From NCBI GenBank assembly GCA_963767925.1, contig CAVYGB010000008.1:480001-544000 (forward strand): a DNA stretch of 64,000 bases. Direction: 5' to 3'. This DNA comes from an uncultured delta proteobacterium. Its GTDB lineage: Bacteria; Myxococcota_A; Polyangia; Fen-1088. Below are positions 1 through 9,666 of this stretch, in pieces. The notes beneath the pieces were generated by a model, which was not told where the DNA came from, did no database searches, and was given only the letters and a program-made list of their open reading frames with translations. A program made the position numbers and the translations under genes. Each line of letters opens with the position of its first letter. Position 1 is the stretch's first letter.

Positions 1-705
<705 letters not shown>

Positions 706-935
706 CGCGACCGGAGCCCCGGGAAGGCTCCCCGCCTCCCGCGACGAGAGGCTCCGGCGGCGCCGCGTGCGCCTCCACGCGGTTGCGACGAAGGCACGGA
801 CAGTCTGGCCGACACGGTGAAAGCTACTATGAGTCAGGGTCCGAGCATGTCAACCCTGGGCCTGCGGACGCTGCCCGACGGAGATCGTGCGCGCCGGGCC
901 TCGCCCCTGGCATGGGTGTGTCGTACATCTTCGGG

Positions 936-2773
936 ATGGGCTCGGTGGCTCGGCCGGAGGGAACCGCCCGCGTCGCCTCGGCGCTGCAGGCGCTGGGGAT
1001 CGACCGGCTGCTGCTGACCGTCCACGACGCCAGCTTCCCGCTCTCGCCCGGCGAGGACGTGGGGCGGGGGTCGCCCTATTCGGGGGCGGCGGGGCGCTTC
1101 CTCGGCTTCGTGCGCGCGCTGGGGTTCACCGGCGTGCAACTCGGGCCCCAGGGCAAGACTTCCCTCTACAACCCCTCCCCGTTCGACGGAACGCTGTTCG
1201 CCCGCTCATCGGCCTCCATCGCGCTGGGGGAGCTGGCCGCCGGCGAACGCTGGCAGGGGCTCCTGTCCCCCGAGCTGCTCGCGCGCCTGACCGCCGGGCT
1301 GCCCGAGGAAGCGGCCGAGCGGGTCGCCCACCGCTACGCCTGGCAGGCCCAGGAGGAGGCCCTGGCCGCCGCCTTCGCCGAGCTGCGGGCGCGGGGCCGG
1401 GGCGGGGCGGCGCTGGCGGCCGAGCAGGCGGCCTTCGCCACCGAGCACCGGGACTGGCTGCCGGCCGACGGGCGCTACGAGGCGCTCATCCGCCGCTATG
1501 GCACCGACGACTGGCGGGTGTGGCCGGCGCAGCCGGAGCCGCTGCGGCCCGAGGAGGAGGTGCTCGCCGCCCGCAACGGGTTCGGCCAGCTCGTGGCCCA
1601 CACCCAGCACCAGGCGCTGCGGGCGCGGGTGGCGGGCCTGGGGCTCAAGCTTTACGGCGATCTCCAGGTGGGCACCTCGCTGCGCGATCTCTGGCTGCAC
1701 CGGGCGCTGTTCCTCGGCGACTACGTGATGGGCGCGCCCCCCAGCCGCACCAACCCCGAGGGCCAGCCCTGGGGCTACCCGGTGCTCGATCCGGCCGGTT
1801 ATCAAGCCGGGGGGGAGAGGGGGCGCTGCGGTTCTTCCGGGCCCGGCTCGACAAGGCCTTCGTCGAGTTCGACGGCCTGCGCGTCGATCACCCCCACGGG
1901 CTGTGTTGCCCCTGGGTCTACCGGGCGGGCACGCCCGATCCGCTGCGCGCGGTGCAGGCCGGGGCCCGTCTGCACGACTCGCCGGACCTGCCGGATCACC
2001 CGGCGCTGGCCGCCTTCGCCATCGCCCGGCCCGAGCAGCTCGACGCGCGTCCCGGACACCCCCGCTACGCCGACGACTGGGTGCGGGCGCTGACCCCCGA
2101 GCAGGTCGCGCGCTACGGCGTCCTGTTCGACGCTCTGCTGGCCTCGGCCGAGCGGCACGGGCGCGATCGGGGCGACATCGCCTGCGAGGTGCTCAGCACC
2201 TGCCCCTTCCCGCTGGCGGCGGTGCTCGGCCGCCACGGGCTGGGCCGCTTCCGGGTGACCCAGAAGGCCGACCCGCTCGACCCGGGCGATCCCTACCGGG
2301 CGGCGGAGGCGCTCCCCGCCGACTGGGTCATGCTCGGCACCCACGACACGCCCCCCATCTGGCAGGTGATGCCGGGCTGGGCCCGCACGCCCCGCCTGGC
2401 GGCCTGGGCCGGGTACCTCGCCGATCGGCTGGCGTCGGGGGCCGGGCGGGCCGCGTTCGCCGCCGAGCTGGAGCGGGACCCCGGTCGGCTGGCCACCGCG
2501 CTGATGGCCGACCTGTTCCTGGGACCCGCCCGCCAGGTCTCGGTGTTCTTCCCGGACCTGTTCGGCATCCGGGAGATCTACAACCGCCCTGGCGTGGTCG
2601 ATCCGGCGAACTGGAGCCTGCGGGTCCCGGCCGAGTGGGAGGCCGCCTACGCCGCCGGCTGCGCGCGGGGTGAGGCCCTCGACCTGCGGGCGGCGCTCGC
2701 CCTGGCCCTGCGCGCCCGCGCAGCGGGCAGCGAAGGTTCCCTGACCGCCCTGGCCAGCGCCCTGGAGACATGA
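936..2773 (+). CDS. malQ: 4-alpha-glucanotransferase (amylomaltase, GH77), split by an apparent frameshift at the G7 run 1809-1815
   Basis: Frame of ORF 783..2093 gives [24 protein letters not shown] and [13 protein letters not shown]. Frame of ORF 887..2773 continues [21 protein letters not shown] and [15 protein letters not shown]. It is divergent from treS. Start (912 or 936) is uncertain. Confidence 0.8.
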
Positions 2774-3001
2774 AAGCGGCGAAACCCGGGGGGACGGGTT
2801 GGTGTTGGGTGCTGTTTGCGTCAGGCGGGGGGGCGCGTCAGGGGCATAATTACCCGGGCCTGGCTGGACCACCCTCGGGGCTCCATGCGATGCTTGGCGC
2901 GAAGCCTCATGTGAGGTTGGCGCGAGCTGCTCCGGCGCCGACCATCAAATGGAGGGGCGGCAAGGGTCCCTCGAACTTCGCGATGTAAGGAACGGATACA
3001 G

Positions 3002-4735
3002 ATGGGCGAATTCGCGCCACTGAGCTTGAAGTCGGCACCCTGGAAGGTGGTCAGCCTCGCGACGCTCAAGCGGGACGGTCGCCTGCACCTGCCCGATCTG
3101 CAGCGTGGCTTCGTCTGGACGGCAGAGCGGGTGCGGGCCCTGCACGACTCCCTCTACCGGTCGTACCCGGTGGGCGCCCTGCTGCTCTGGGAGCCGACCT
3201 GGGAAGGGCCGGAGGCCCCCTTCTCCACCCGCCCCTGGGACATCTGCCCGCCCGACGAGACCACCGGGCGCGGCGTCCCCGAGACGGGCAAGGCGATCTC
3301 GCCCGGCTCGCTGTTCGTGCTCGACGGGCAGCAGCGCCTGACCTCGATCTTCCGGATCATCTTTCGCAGCCGGATCCGCAGCAGCAACACGCCCGACCCC
3401 GATCTGCTGGTGGCCCTGTCGCCCGAGCCCGAGTGGGTGGAGAACCCCTTTCAGCTCCGCTCGCGCAGCCTGCACAAGAAGCGCAAGGACGGGCTGCTGG
3501 TGCCGGCGGAGATCCTGTTCGAGGGCGTGCGGGGGGGCAACGAGAGCATGGCCGTGCAGCGGGCCCTGGGCGAGTGGATCAACCCCACCGACGAGCGCTT
3601 CTTCCGGGCCCTCGATCGGGCCAACGCCATCCGCACCGCCATCTTGCACGCCGAGATCATCGCATACGAGGTGGACGCCGAGGCCAACGACGAGAACGTC
3701 ATCGAGATCTTCGCCCGCCTCAACCAGCAGGGCGTGCGCCTGCGCCCGGGGGACCTGGCGGCTGCCCGCCTCACCGGGCAGATGGCCAACTTCCGCCGCC
3801 AGGCCCGCCAGGTGCTGGCCATGCACGAGCTGCGGGGGTTCGCGGTCGTCGAGGGGCAAGAGGAGGGCAGCCGCAGCGGCGCCTTCGTCGACACGGATCT
3901 ATTGATCCGGGCGGCGATGTTCCTCGGCAGCGGCGGGGTCCGCTACCGCGACGCCGAGAAGAAGAAGGCCGCCGCCAACTATCAGAACATCGAGGCCGCC
4001 TGGGAGCCGGCGGTCGAGGGGTTCAAGAAGGCGGTGGCGATGTTCCGGCGGGCGGGGGTCCCCTCGGGCGACTGGCTGCCCTACCGCTACCTGCTGTTCG
4101 CCCCCGCCATCGCGGTGGCGCGCGGTCACCGCCTGGGCGACAAGTGGGTGGCCTGGGCGCTGGCCGCCAGCCTGTGGCGCCACTACAGCGGCGAGGTCGA
4201 CACCAAGCTGCAGAAGGACGCGGTGCTGGCCGAGCAGGGGGACATCGACGGGCTGATCGAGCAGGTCAAGGTGCGGGCCAAGCGCGCCGAGAGCGCGCTG
4301 CCCGAGGACGAGGACGTCACCAAGAACATCCTCAGCGAGGGGGCGGTCTCGCTCTGCCTGCTGATGCACTTCGCCCAGGTGGGGGCCCGCTCGTTCCCGG
4401 GCGGCAAGCTGCTGCACGGGACGGAGGAGCCGCTCGAGCTGCGCTACATCTTCCCCCGGGCGGTGATCGACCGATACCCCGAGCGGGACAACGAGTTCGT
4501 CCCCGACCGGCTGGGCAACCTCACCATCGTGACCCGCTCGGACAACGAACACCTGGGAGAGACCTCTCCCGACCGCTACCTGCCCCGGGTAGACGTGCGC
4601 GAGCGCGCCACCCACCTCATCCCCGAAGATCCCGTCCTGTGGCGGGTCGAGGACTTCAAGACCTTCTGCGAGACGCGCGAGGGTGAGCTGGGCGGCATGA
4701 TCCGCGGCCTGCTGACCCGCCTGGGGCTGGTCTAG
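3002..4735 (+). CDS. GmrSD-family (DUF262 + DUF1524/HNH-like) modification-dependent restriction-type protein
   Basis: DUF262 motifs LPDLQRGFVW, YPVGALLLW, VLDGQQRLTS and EIFARLNQQG. The C-terminal ELRYIFP..LGNLTIV..N resembles DUF1524 but lacks the His. Confidence 0.82.
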   Translation: MGEFAPLSLKSAPWKVVSLATLKRDGRLHLPDLQRGFVWTAERVRALHDSLYRSYPVGALLLWEPTWEGPEAPFSTRPWDICPPDETTGRGVPETGKAISPGSLFVLDGQQRLTSIFRIIFRSRIRSSNTPDPDLLVALSPEPEWVENPFQLRSRSLHKKRKDGLLVPAEILFEGVRGGNESMAVQRALGEWINPTDERFFRALDRANAIRTAILHAEIIAYEVDAEANDENVIEIFARLNQQGVRLRPGDLAAARLTGQMANFRRQARQVLAMHELRGFAVVEGQEEGSRSGAFVDTDLLIRAAMFLGSGGVRYRDAEKKKAAANYQNIEAAWEPAVEGFKKAVAMFRRAGVPSGDWLPYRYLLFAPAIAVARGHRLGDKWVAWALAASLWRHYSGEVDTKLQKDAVLAEQGDIDGLIEQVKVRAKRAESALPEDEDVTKNILSEGAVSLCLLMHFAQVGARSFPGGKLLHGTEEPLELRYIFPRAVIDRYPERDNEFVPDRLGNLTIVTRSDNEHLGETSPDRYLPRVDVRERATHLIPEDPVLWRVEDFKTFCETREGELGGMIRGLLTRLGLV

Positions 4736-4745
4736 CGGCTGACGG

Positions 4746-7445
4746 CTATTCCTCGCGGAGGGCGGCGCAGGGGTCGATCCGGGTCGCGCGGCGCGCGGGC
4801 AGCCAGGCCGCCAGCAGCCCGACCGCCATCAGCAGCAGCGTGACGGCGGTGAAGGCGATCGGATCGGTCGGCGTCACCCCGAACAGGAACCGCTGCAGCA
4901 CGCGCGTCACGCCGGCAGCCCCGGCGAAGCCGACGAGCAGGCCGGCGGCGACGATGAGGAACGCGCGCCCGAGCACGAGGCGGAGGACGTCGCGGCGGCC
5001 GGCGCCGAGGGCCATGCGCACGCCGATCTCGCGGCGGCGCTGGGTCACCGCATACGCCATCAAGCCGTAGATCCCGAACGTCGCGATCAGCGTCGCGGTC
5101 AGGGCGAACAGCGCCAGCAGCAACATCCGGAAACGCGGCTGCGCCAGCGACGCCGCCACCGCTTCGTCCATCGTCACCGTGCTCTCGATCGCCAGATCGG
5201 GCACCGCGCGGCGAATCTCGGCCCGGATACCCTCGATCACGCTGGCGGGGGTGGCCGTGCGGGCGACGAACGACACGAACCGCAGGAAGAAGGCGCCGGA
5301 CTCCTGCTGGAAGGGGACGTAGACCATGGGCTGTACCTCCTGATCGAGGCCCATCTGATGGATGTCCGCGACGACGCCCACCACCGTCCGCCACGCGTCG
5401 CCATCGCCCAGGCGCACGCGCCGGCCCAGCGCCGCGCCCGGACCACCGGGAAAATATTCGCGCACGATGCGGGCGCTGACGATCGCCACCTTCGGCGCCT
5501 CCGCCGTGTCCCGGGCGGTGAATTCGCGTCCCGCCAGCAGCGGAATCCCCATGGTCTTGAAGTACTCCGCGTCGATCTTCGGCCGGCCGGCGTCGAGCTC
5601 CGGCTTCGGCTGCCCTTCGATCTCGAAGTCGCTGCGGATGAACATCCGGCCGAAGGGCGCCGAGTTGATCAGGCTCGCGGACTTCACGCCCGGCAGATAG
5701 TGGATGCGATCGAGCACGCCCCGGGCGAAGGCCTGGATGCGCTCGGGCTGGTCGGAGAGCCGTTCGGGCAGCGTCACCTTGACGGTCTGCACGACGCCGT
5801 CGCGCCCGCGCGCTTCGAAGCCGGGCGACACCGACGTGAGGCGCACGAAGCTGTGAATCAGCAGGCCGGCGCCGATCAGGAGGACGAACGTCATCGCGAT
5901 CTGCGCGGCGACGAGCACCGTCCGCAGCCGCTCGCCCTGACTGTCACCCGTCGTGCGCGCGGCGCCCGCGTGCAGCGCGAGGCCTTCCCCGAACGCCACC
6001 CCGCTGACGCGCAGGGCGGGCAGCAGGCCGATCAGGAGCGTCGAGACCAGCGAAAGGCCGAGGCAAAACGCCAGCACCCGCCCGTCGATCACGATGCCGC
6101 CCAGGCGGGGAAACACGGAGGGCGGCACCAGCGGCAGCGTGACGTGGATCGCGATCTGGGCGAGCAACACGCCGAGGGTCGCGCCGCCCAGGGACAACAC
6201 GACCGCCTCCGTCAGCAACTGACGCACGATCCGCCGGCGTCCCGCGCCGAGGGCCATGCGGACGGACAGCTCGCCCCGGCGGGCGGTGAGGCGGGCCATC
6301 TGCAGGTGCGCGACGTTGACGCAGGCGATCAGCAGCACGAACGACACCGCCCCGAGCAGGATGAGCAGCAGCGTGCGCACCGACTCCGATCCGTAGGCCC
6401 GCAAGTCGACCACGCGCGCGAGCCGGCGGACGTTCGGGGCGAAGGCGCCTTCGAGCCCGAGGGCCCCGGCGGGGGCCACCGACGGATCGTTCACCAGCGC
6501 GGTCAACTCCGCTACCGCGCGCTCCCGGGTCAGGCCTGGCTTCAGGCGGCCCAGCAGGAAGAGAAACGCGCTCTGGCCGGTGTCGCCGGGCCAACGATTG
6601 GGCAGGAAGATGTCCGCTTCCGGCAGCGCGCCCTTCCGGATCACCGGCCGGAAGCTGAAGTCCGGCGGCAGCACCCCGACCACGGTGCGGGGGAGGCCAT
6701 CGAGGGTGATGGACCTTCCGACGATCGCGGGATCGGCGGCGAGCGTCGTGCGCCAGAGGCGATCGCTGACGATGGCGCTGCGGTCGTCCTGTGGCGCGGC
6801 GGCGCCGGTGAAGAAGGCGCGGCCGCGCGCGGGGCCGACGCCCAGGGTGGCGAAGAAGTTCGGGCTCACCTCGACCGCGGGCACCAGCAGCGGCTCGCCG
6901 CGTCCGGTGAGGGGCGCGTCGATCGGGGCGTAGGCCGCGAGCTGATCGAGCGCGCTGACGCGCGTGCGCAGCGCCTCGTACGACACGGGCGGCCAGGTGG
7001 AGAACGTCCTGAGTCCCGTCCCGGTCTGCTGCGAGGACGAGACGATGACGAGGCGATCGGCAGCGGGATAGGGCAGCGGACGCCAGAGCACGCCGTAGGC
7101 GACGGAGACGATCGCGGTGTTGAGGCCGATGCCGAGCGCGAGGGTGGCGAGGGCGGTGAAGGTGAACGCCGGGGCGCGCCCCATCAACCGGAGCGCGTGA
7201 CGCACGTCCTGGGCGAACGTCTCGACCGTCGCGAAGATCCAGGGATCGCGGGCCTGCTCGCGCAGCCGCAGCGGACTGCCGATCCGCCGCCGGGCGGCCG
7301 TCCGCGCCTGGTCGCCGCTCAAGCCCTCCGCCTCGGCCAGGGCGTCCGCCTTCATCTCCTCGTGAAAGCGCAGCTCGTCGTCCAGATCCCGATCGAACTG
7401 CTTCCGCCGGAAGAAGAACAGCAAACGTCGGAGCAGAGAACCCAC
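4746..7445 (-). CDS. Duplicated orphan ABC permease (ADOP type; 2x MacB/FtsX)
   Basis: N-terminal 'FDRDLDDELRFH' prefix domain, QDVRHALRLM, LLIACVNVA, RMALGA twice, RRREIGVRMALGA and PARRATRIDP. No ATPase gene is adjacent. Confidence 0.92.
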   Translation of the reverse strand: MGSLLRRLLFFFRRKQFDRDLDDELRFHEEMKADALAEAEGLSGDQARTAARRRIGSPLRLREQARDPWIFATVETFAQDVRHALRLMGRAPAFTFTALATLALGIGLNTAIVSVAYGVLWRPLPYPAADRLVIVSSSQQTGTGLRTFSTWPPVSYEALRTRVSALDQLAAYAPIDAPLTGRGEPLLVPAVEVSPNFFATLGVGPARGRAFFTGAAAPQDDRSAIVSDRLWRTTLAADPAIVGRSITLDGLPRTVVGVLPPDFSFRPVIRKGALPEADIFLPNRWPGDTGQSAFLFLLGRLKPGLTRERAVAELTALVNDPSVAPAGALGLEGAFAPNVRRLARVVDLRAYGSESVRTLLLILLGAVSFVLLIACVNVAHLQMARLTARRGELSVRMALGAGRRRIVRQLLTEAVVLSLGGATLGVLLAQIAIHVTLPLVPPSVFPRLGGIVIDGRVLAFCLGLSLVSTLLIGLLPALRVSGVAFGEGLALHAGAARTTGDSQGERLRTVLVAAQIAMTFVLLIGAGLLIHSFVRLTSVSPGFEARGRDGVVQTVKVTLPERLSDQPERIQAFARGVLDRIHYLPGVKSASLINSAPFGRMFIRSDFEIEGQPKPELDAGRPKIDAEYFKTMGIPLLAGREFTARDTAEAPKVAIVSARIVREYFPGGPGAALGRRVRLGDGDAWRTVVGVVADIHQMGLDQEVQPMVYVPFQQESGAFFLRFVSFVARTATPASVIEGIRAEIRRAVPDLAIESTVTMDEAVAASLAQPRFRMLLLALFALTATLIATFGIYGLMAYAVTQRRREIGVRMALGAGRRDVLRLVLGRAFLIVAAGLLVGFAGAAGVTRVLQRFLFGVTPTDPIAFTAVTLLLMAVGLLAAWLPARRATRIDPCAALREE

Positions 7446-7468
7446 GGCACCTCCTGGGAGTCAGGACA

Positions 7469-7813
7469 CTACGTCGTCTTCATCACGCGCATGATCGCGC
7501 CGAACATCTCGGAGAGCCGCGACTCCTCGAGGCCGAGCTGCTTCTTTCCGGTAGACGTGAGCGTGTAGAAGCGCGCGCGCCGGTTGTTCGCCGAGAGCTT
7601 CCACCTGGCCAGCACCCATCCCTTGACCAGCATCCGCTGCAGGGCCGGATACAGCGATCCCTCTTCGATCTTCAGCACGTCCGCCGACAGGAGCTGGATG
7701 TGCTGGGCGATGCCGTAGCCGTGCATCGACTCGATCGACAGCGTCTTGAGAATCAACATCTCGAGGGTGCCGGGAAGCAGCTCGTTCTTGCCCTTGGCCC
7801 TGGTTTCTTTCAT
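7469..7813 (-). CDS. PadR-family transcriptional regulator (acidobacterial type)
   Basis: LLPGTLEMLILKTL..MHGYGIAQHI..EEGSLYPALQRM..NNRRARFYTLT; lies directly upstream of the ADOP permease. Confidence 0.93.
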   Translation of the reverse strand: MKETRAKGKNELLPGTLEMLILKTLSIESMHGYGIAQHIQLLSADVLKIEEGSLYPALQRMLVKGWVLARWKLSANNRRARFYTLTSTGKKQLGLEESRLSEMFGAIMRVMKTT

Positions 7814-7823
7814 CAGCTTCTCT

Positions 7824-7844
7824 TTGCATAGACGAACTATGTAA
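7824..7844. promoter_or_regulatory. Palindromic operator, probable PadR autoregulatory site
   Basis: TTGCATAG-acgaa-CTATGTAA inverted repeat (1 mismatch), 10 nt upstream of the padR ATG. A minus-strand TTGACA lies at 7875-7880. Confidence 0.6.
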
Positions 7845-7927
7845 GAGGGCAGTCTCCTCCCTCTGCGGAGAGGCTGTCAACGGTTGACGATAGGCGTCGT
7901 CCGACGCGGCGAACCGGGCTGGGGCCT

Positions 7928-8476
7928 TCAGTTGGGGAAGGTGGGGAGGTCGAGGTCCTCGCACTTCGAGTCGACGGTCTTGCAGGAGGCCGGCTGCTCG
8001 AGGTTGGAGGGGAGGCTGGGGATGCCGCCGGTGAACTCCTGGCAGGTGGGGAGGGCCCCCTTCACCTGATCGAGGATCGGGACCATGTCGTTGATGCAGG
8101 CCTCGAGCTCGCCCACGGTGGCCCGGCAGGTGCTGGCGGGCTTCTCGCACGACGAGCCGATGGGATCGTTGGCCGGCCGGGCCAGGCACTGGTCGTAGGC
8201 GGTGGTGCAGGCGGCCTGCTTCTGGGGGAGGCCGCCGCTCACGAAGGCCCCCGCGGTGAGGCCAGCGCCCCGGCAGGACAGCTCCTTGATGTCGGGGGCG
8301 AAGTTGTCCGTCAGGAAGGTCTGGAGGGCGGTGCACACCTTCCGGGCGTCGTCCTCGCTGAGGCTGCCCAGCTCGGCGTCCTTGTTCACCCCGCTGGTGA
8401 AGGCCGCGCCGTTCCCGCCGCAGGTCACCGCCATCGCCGCCACGGCCAGCCCCGCCACCAGCAATCTTTGCGTCAT
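7928..8476 (-). CDS. Cys-rich putative lipoprotein, unknown function
   Basis: Signal peptide ending AMAVT-C-GG and many spaced Cys (e.g. CRATVGELEACIND), in the style of myxobacterial lipoproteins. Confidence 0.7.
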   Translation of the reverse strand: MTQRLLVAGLAVAAMAVTCGGNGAAFTSGVNKDAELGSLSEDDARKVCTALQTFLTDNFAPDIKELSCRGAGLTAGAFVSGGLPQKQAACTTAYDQCLARPANDPIGSSCEKPASTCRATVGELEACINDMVPILDQVKGALPTCQEFTGGIPSLPSNLEQPASCKTVDSKCEDLDLPTFPN

Positions 8477-8552
8477 CCTCAAGCTTGGCCGACCGCCTCC
8501 GGGGCAGCCAAACCGACCCCGGGCGGGCCTGTGATCCGCTGTGGGTGCGGGC

Positions 8553-9665
8553 TCAGTCGCGGGCGGGTCCCGCTTCCTGGACCAGCAGGCGTCGCTCGAC
8601 GAAGGCGGCGCCGCCCCGCTCGTCGCGCACCACGATCCAGATCGTCACCTCCTGCTGCCGCCGCCCGCTGCCAGGATCGCGCGGGAGGTCGGCGGCGGCG
8701 GGCGGCTCGTAGCGGGACTCGAGGGGCAGCCGCTCGGTGGGGGCGGCGCCGAAGGAGAGCGCGCTGCGGGTCTCGGGTGGGACGAACCGCCCCGCGGTGG
8801 CGAAGAAGCTGAAGCGCAGGGTCTCGGCCGGGATCTCGGCGAGCTTCACCTGGTCGGTGAAGCGATCGATGACCGGCGTCAGGTAGGGCTCGGCGGTCGC
8901 GCCGGCCGGCTCGAGCCAGAGCGGCTCGCCGGCGGCGATCGGCCGGGGGGCGTCCGGGGCCAAAAGCTCGATCGGGCCCTGCGGGGCGAGGCTGCGGGGA
9001 TCGCGGGCGGCGAAGGTCCGCACTTCGAGGATCTGCGGGTTGCGGTTGGGCCGCTGATCGGCGCGCAGAGGGCCGGGCCAGAACACAACCCGCTTGATGC
9101 CCACCGCGCTTTCGTTCCCAGCCCGGGCGGTGATCTCGAGGGCGATCGGCAGGCCCAGATCGAACCCGCCGTGCGGGCGCCCGAGGTGCCCGGGGAAGAC
9201 GTCGGCGGCGAAGGCGGCGGCGAGCTGGCTGGCGGTCAGCGCGAACCGGAAGCTGGCCCCGGCGGGCCGCGTCTCCCCCTCGGGAAGGAGCGGCCAGCTC
9301 GTCGGCCCGGGGGGCGGGCAGCGGGCGCTGCCGACGGTGCTGCGGGCGCCGCCCGCCGGATAGCTGGCCGCTCCCTCGGTGCCGGCGCCGGGGGCGCTGG
9401 GGGCCAGGGGGTCGTTGCCGCAGGCCCGCGCCGTCCAGGTGACCGGCCGTCCGCCGCCGGCCGGGTCGGCCAGCAGGGGGCGCACCTCGATCTCGGGGCC
9501 GGCGGCCTCGGGGGCCGCGGGATCGAGGATCACCTCGGGCGGCTCGACGACGACCGCCAGCAGGCGCAGGTCCCGCACCGTGCTGGGGTGCTCGAGCTCC
9601 TGGCAGGCGGCGGCCGGCAGCAGCAGGAGGCCCCCCAGCAGGCCGGCGCGCAGGTGGCGGCGCAT
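8553..9665 (-). CDS. Lipoprotein associated with the TonB-dependent receptor
   Basis: Lipobox PAAA-C, N-terminal DLRLLAVVVEPPE and C-terminal IWIVVRDERGG; starts 1 nt after the receptor stop. Confidence 0.72.
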   Translation of the reverse strand: MRRHLRAGLLGGLLLLPAAACQELEHPSTVRDLRLLAVVVEPPEVILDPAAPEAAGPEIEVRPLLADPAGGGRPVTWTARACGNDPLAPSAPGAGTEGAASYPAGGARSTVGSARCPPPGPTSWPLLPEGETRPAGASFRFALTASQLAAAFAADVFPGHLGRPHGGFDLGLPIALEITARAGNESAVGIKRVVFWPGPLRADQRPNRNPQILEVRTFAARDPRSLAPQGPIELLAPDAPRPIAAGEPLWLEPAGATAEPYLTPVIDRFTDQVKLAEIPAETLRFSFFATAGRFVPPETRSALSFGAAPTERLPLESRYEPPAAADLPRDPGSGRRQQEVTIWIVVRDERGGAAFVERRLLVQEAGPARD

Positions 9666-9666
9666 G

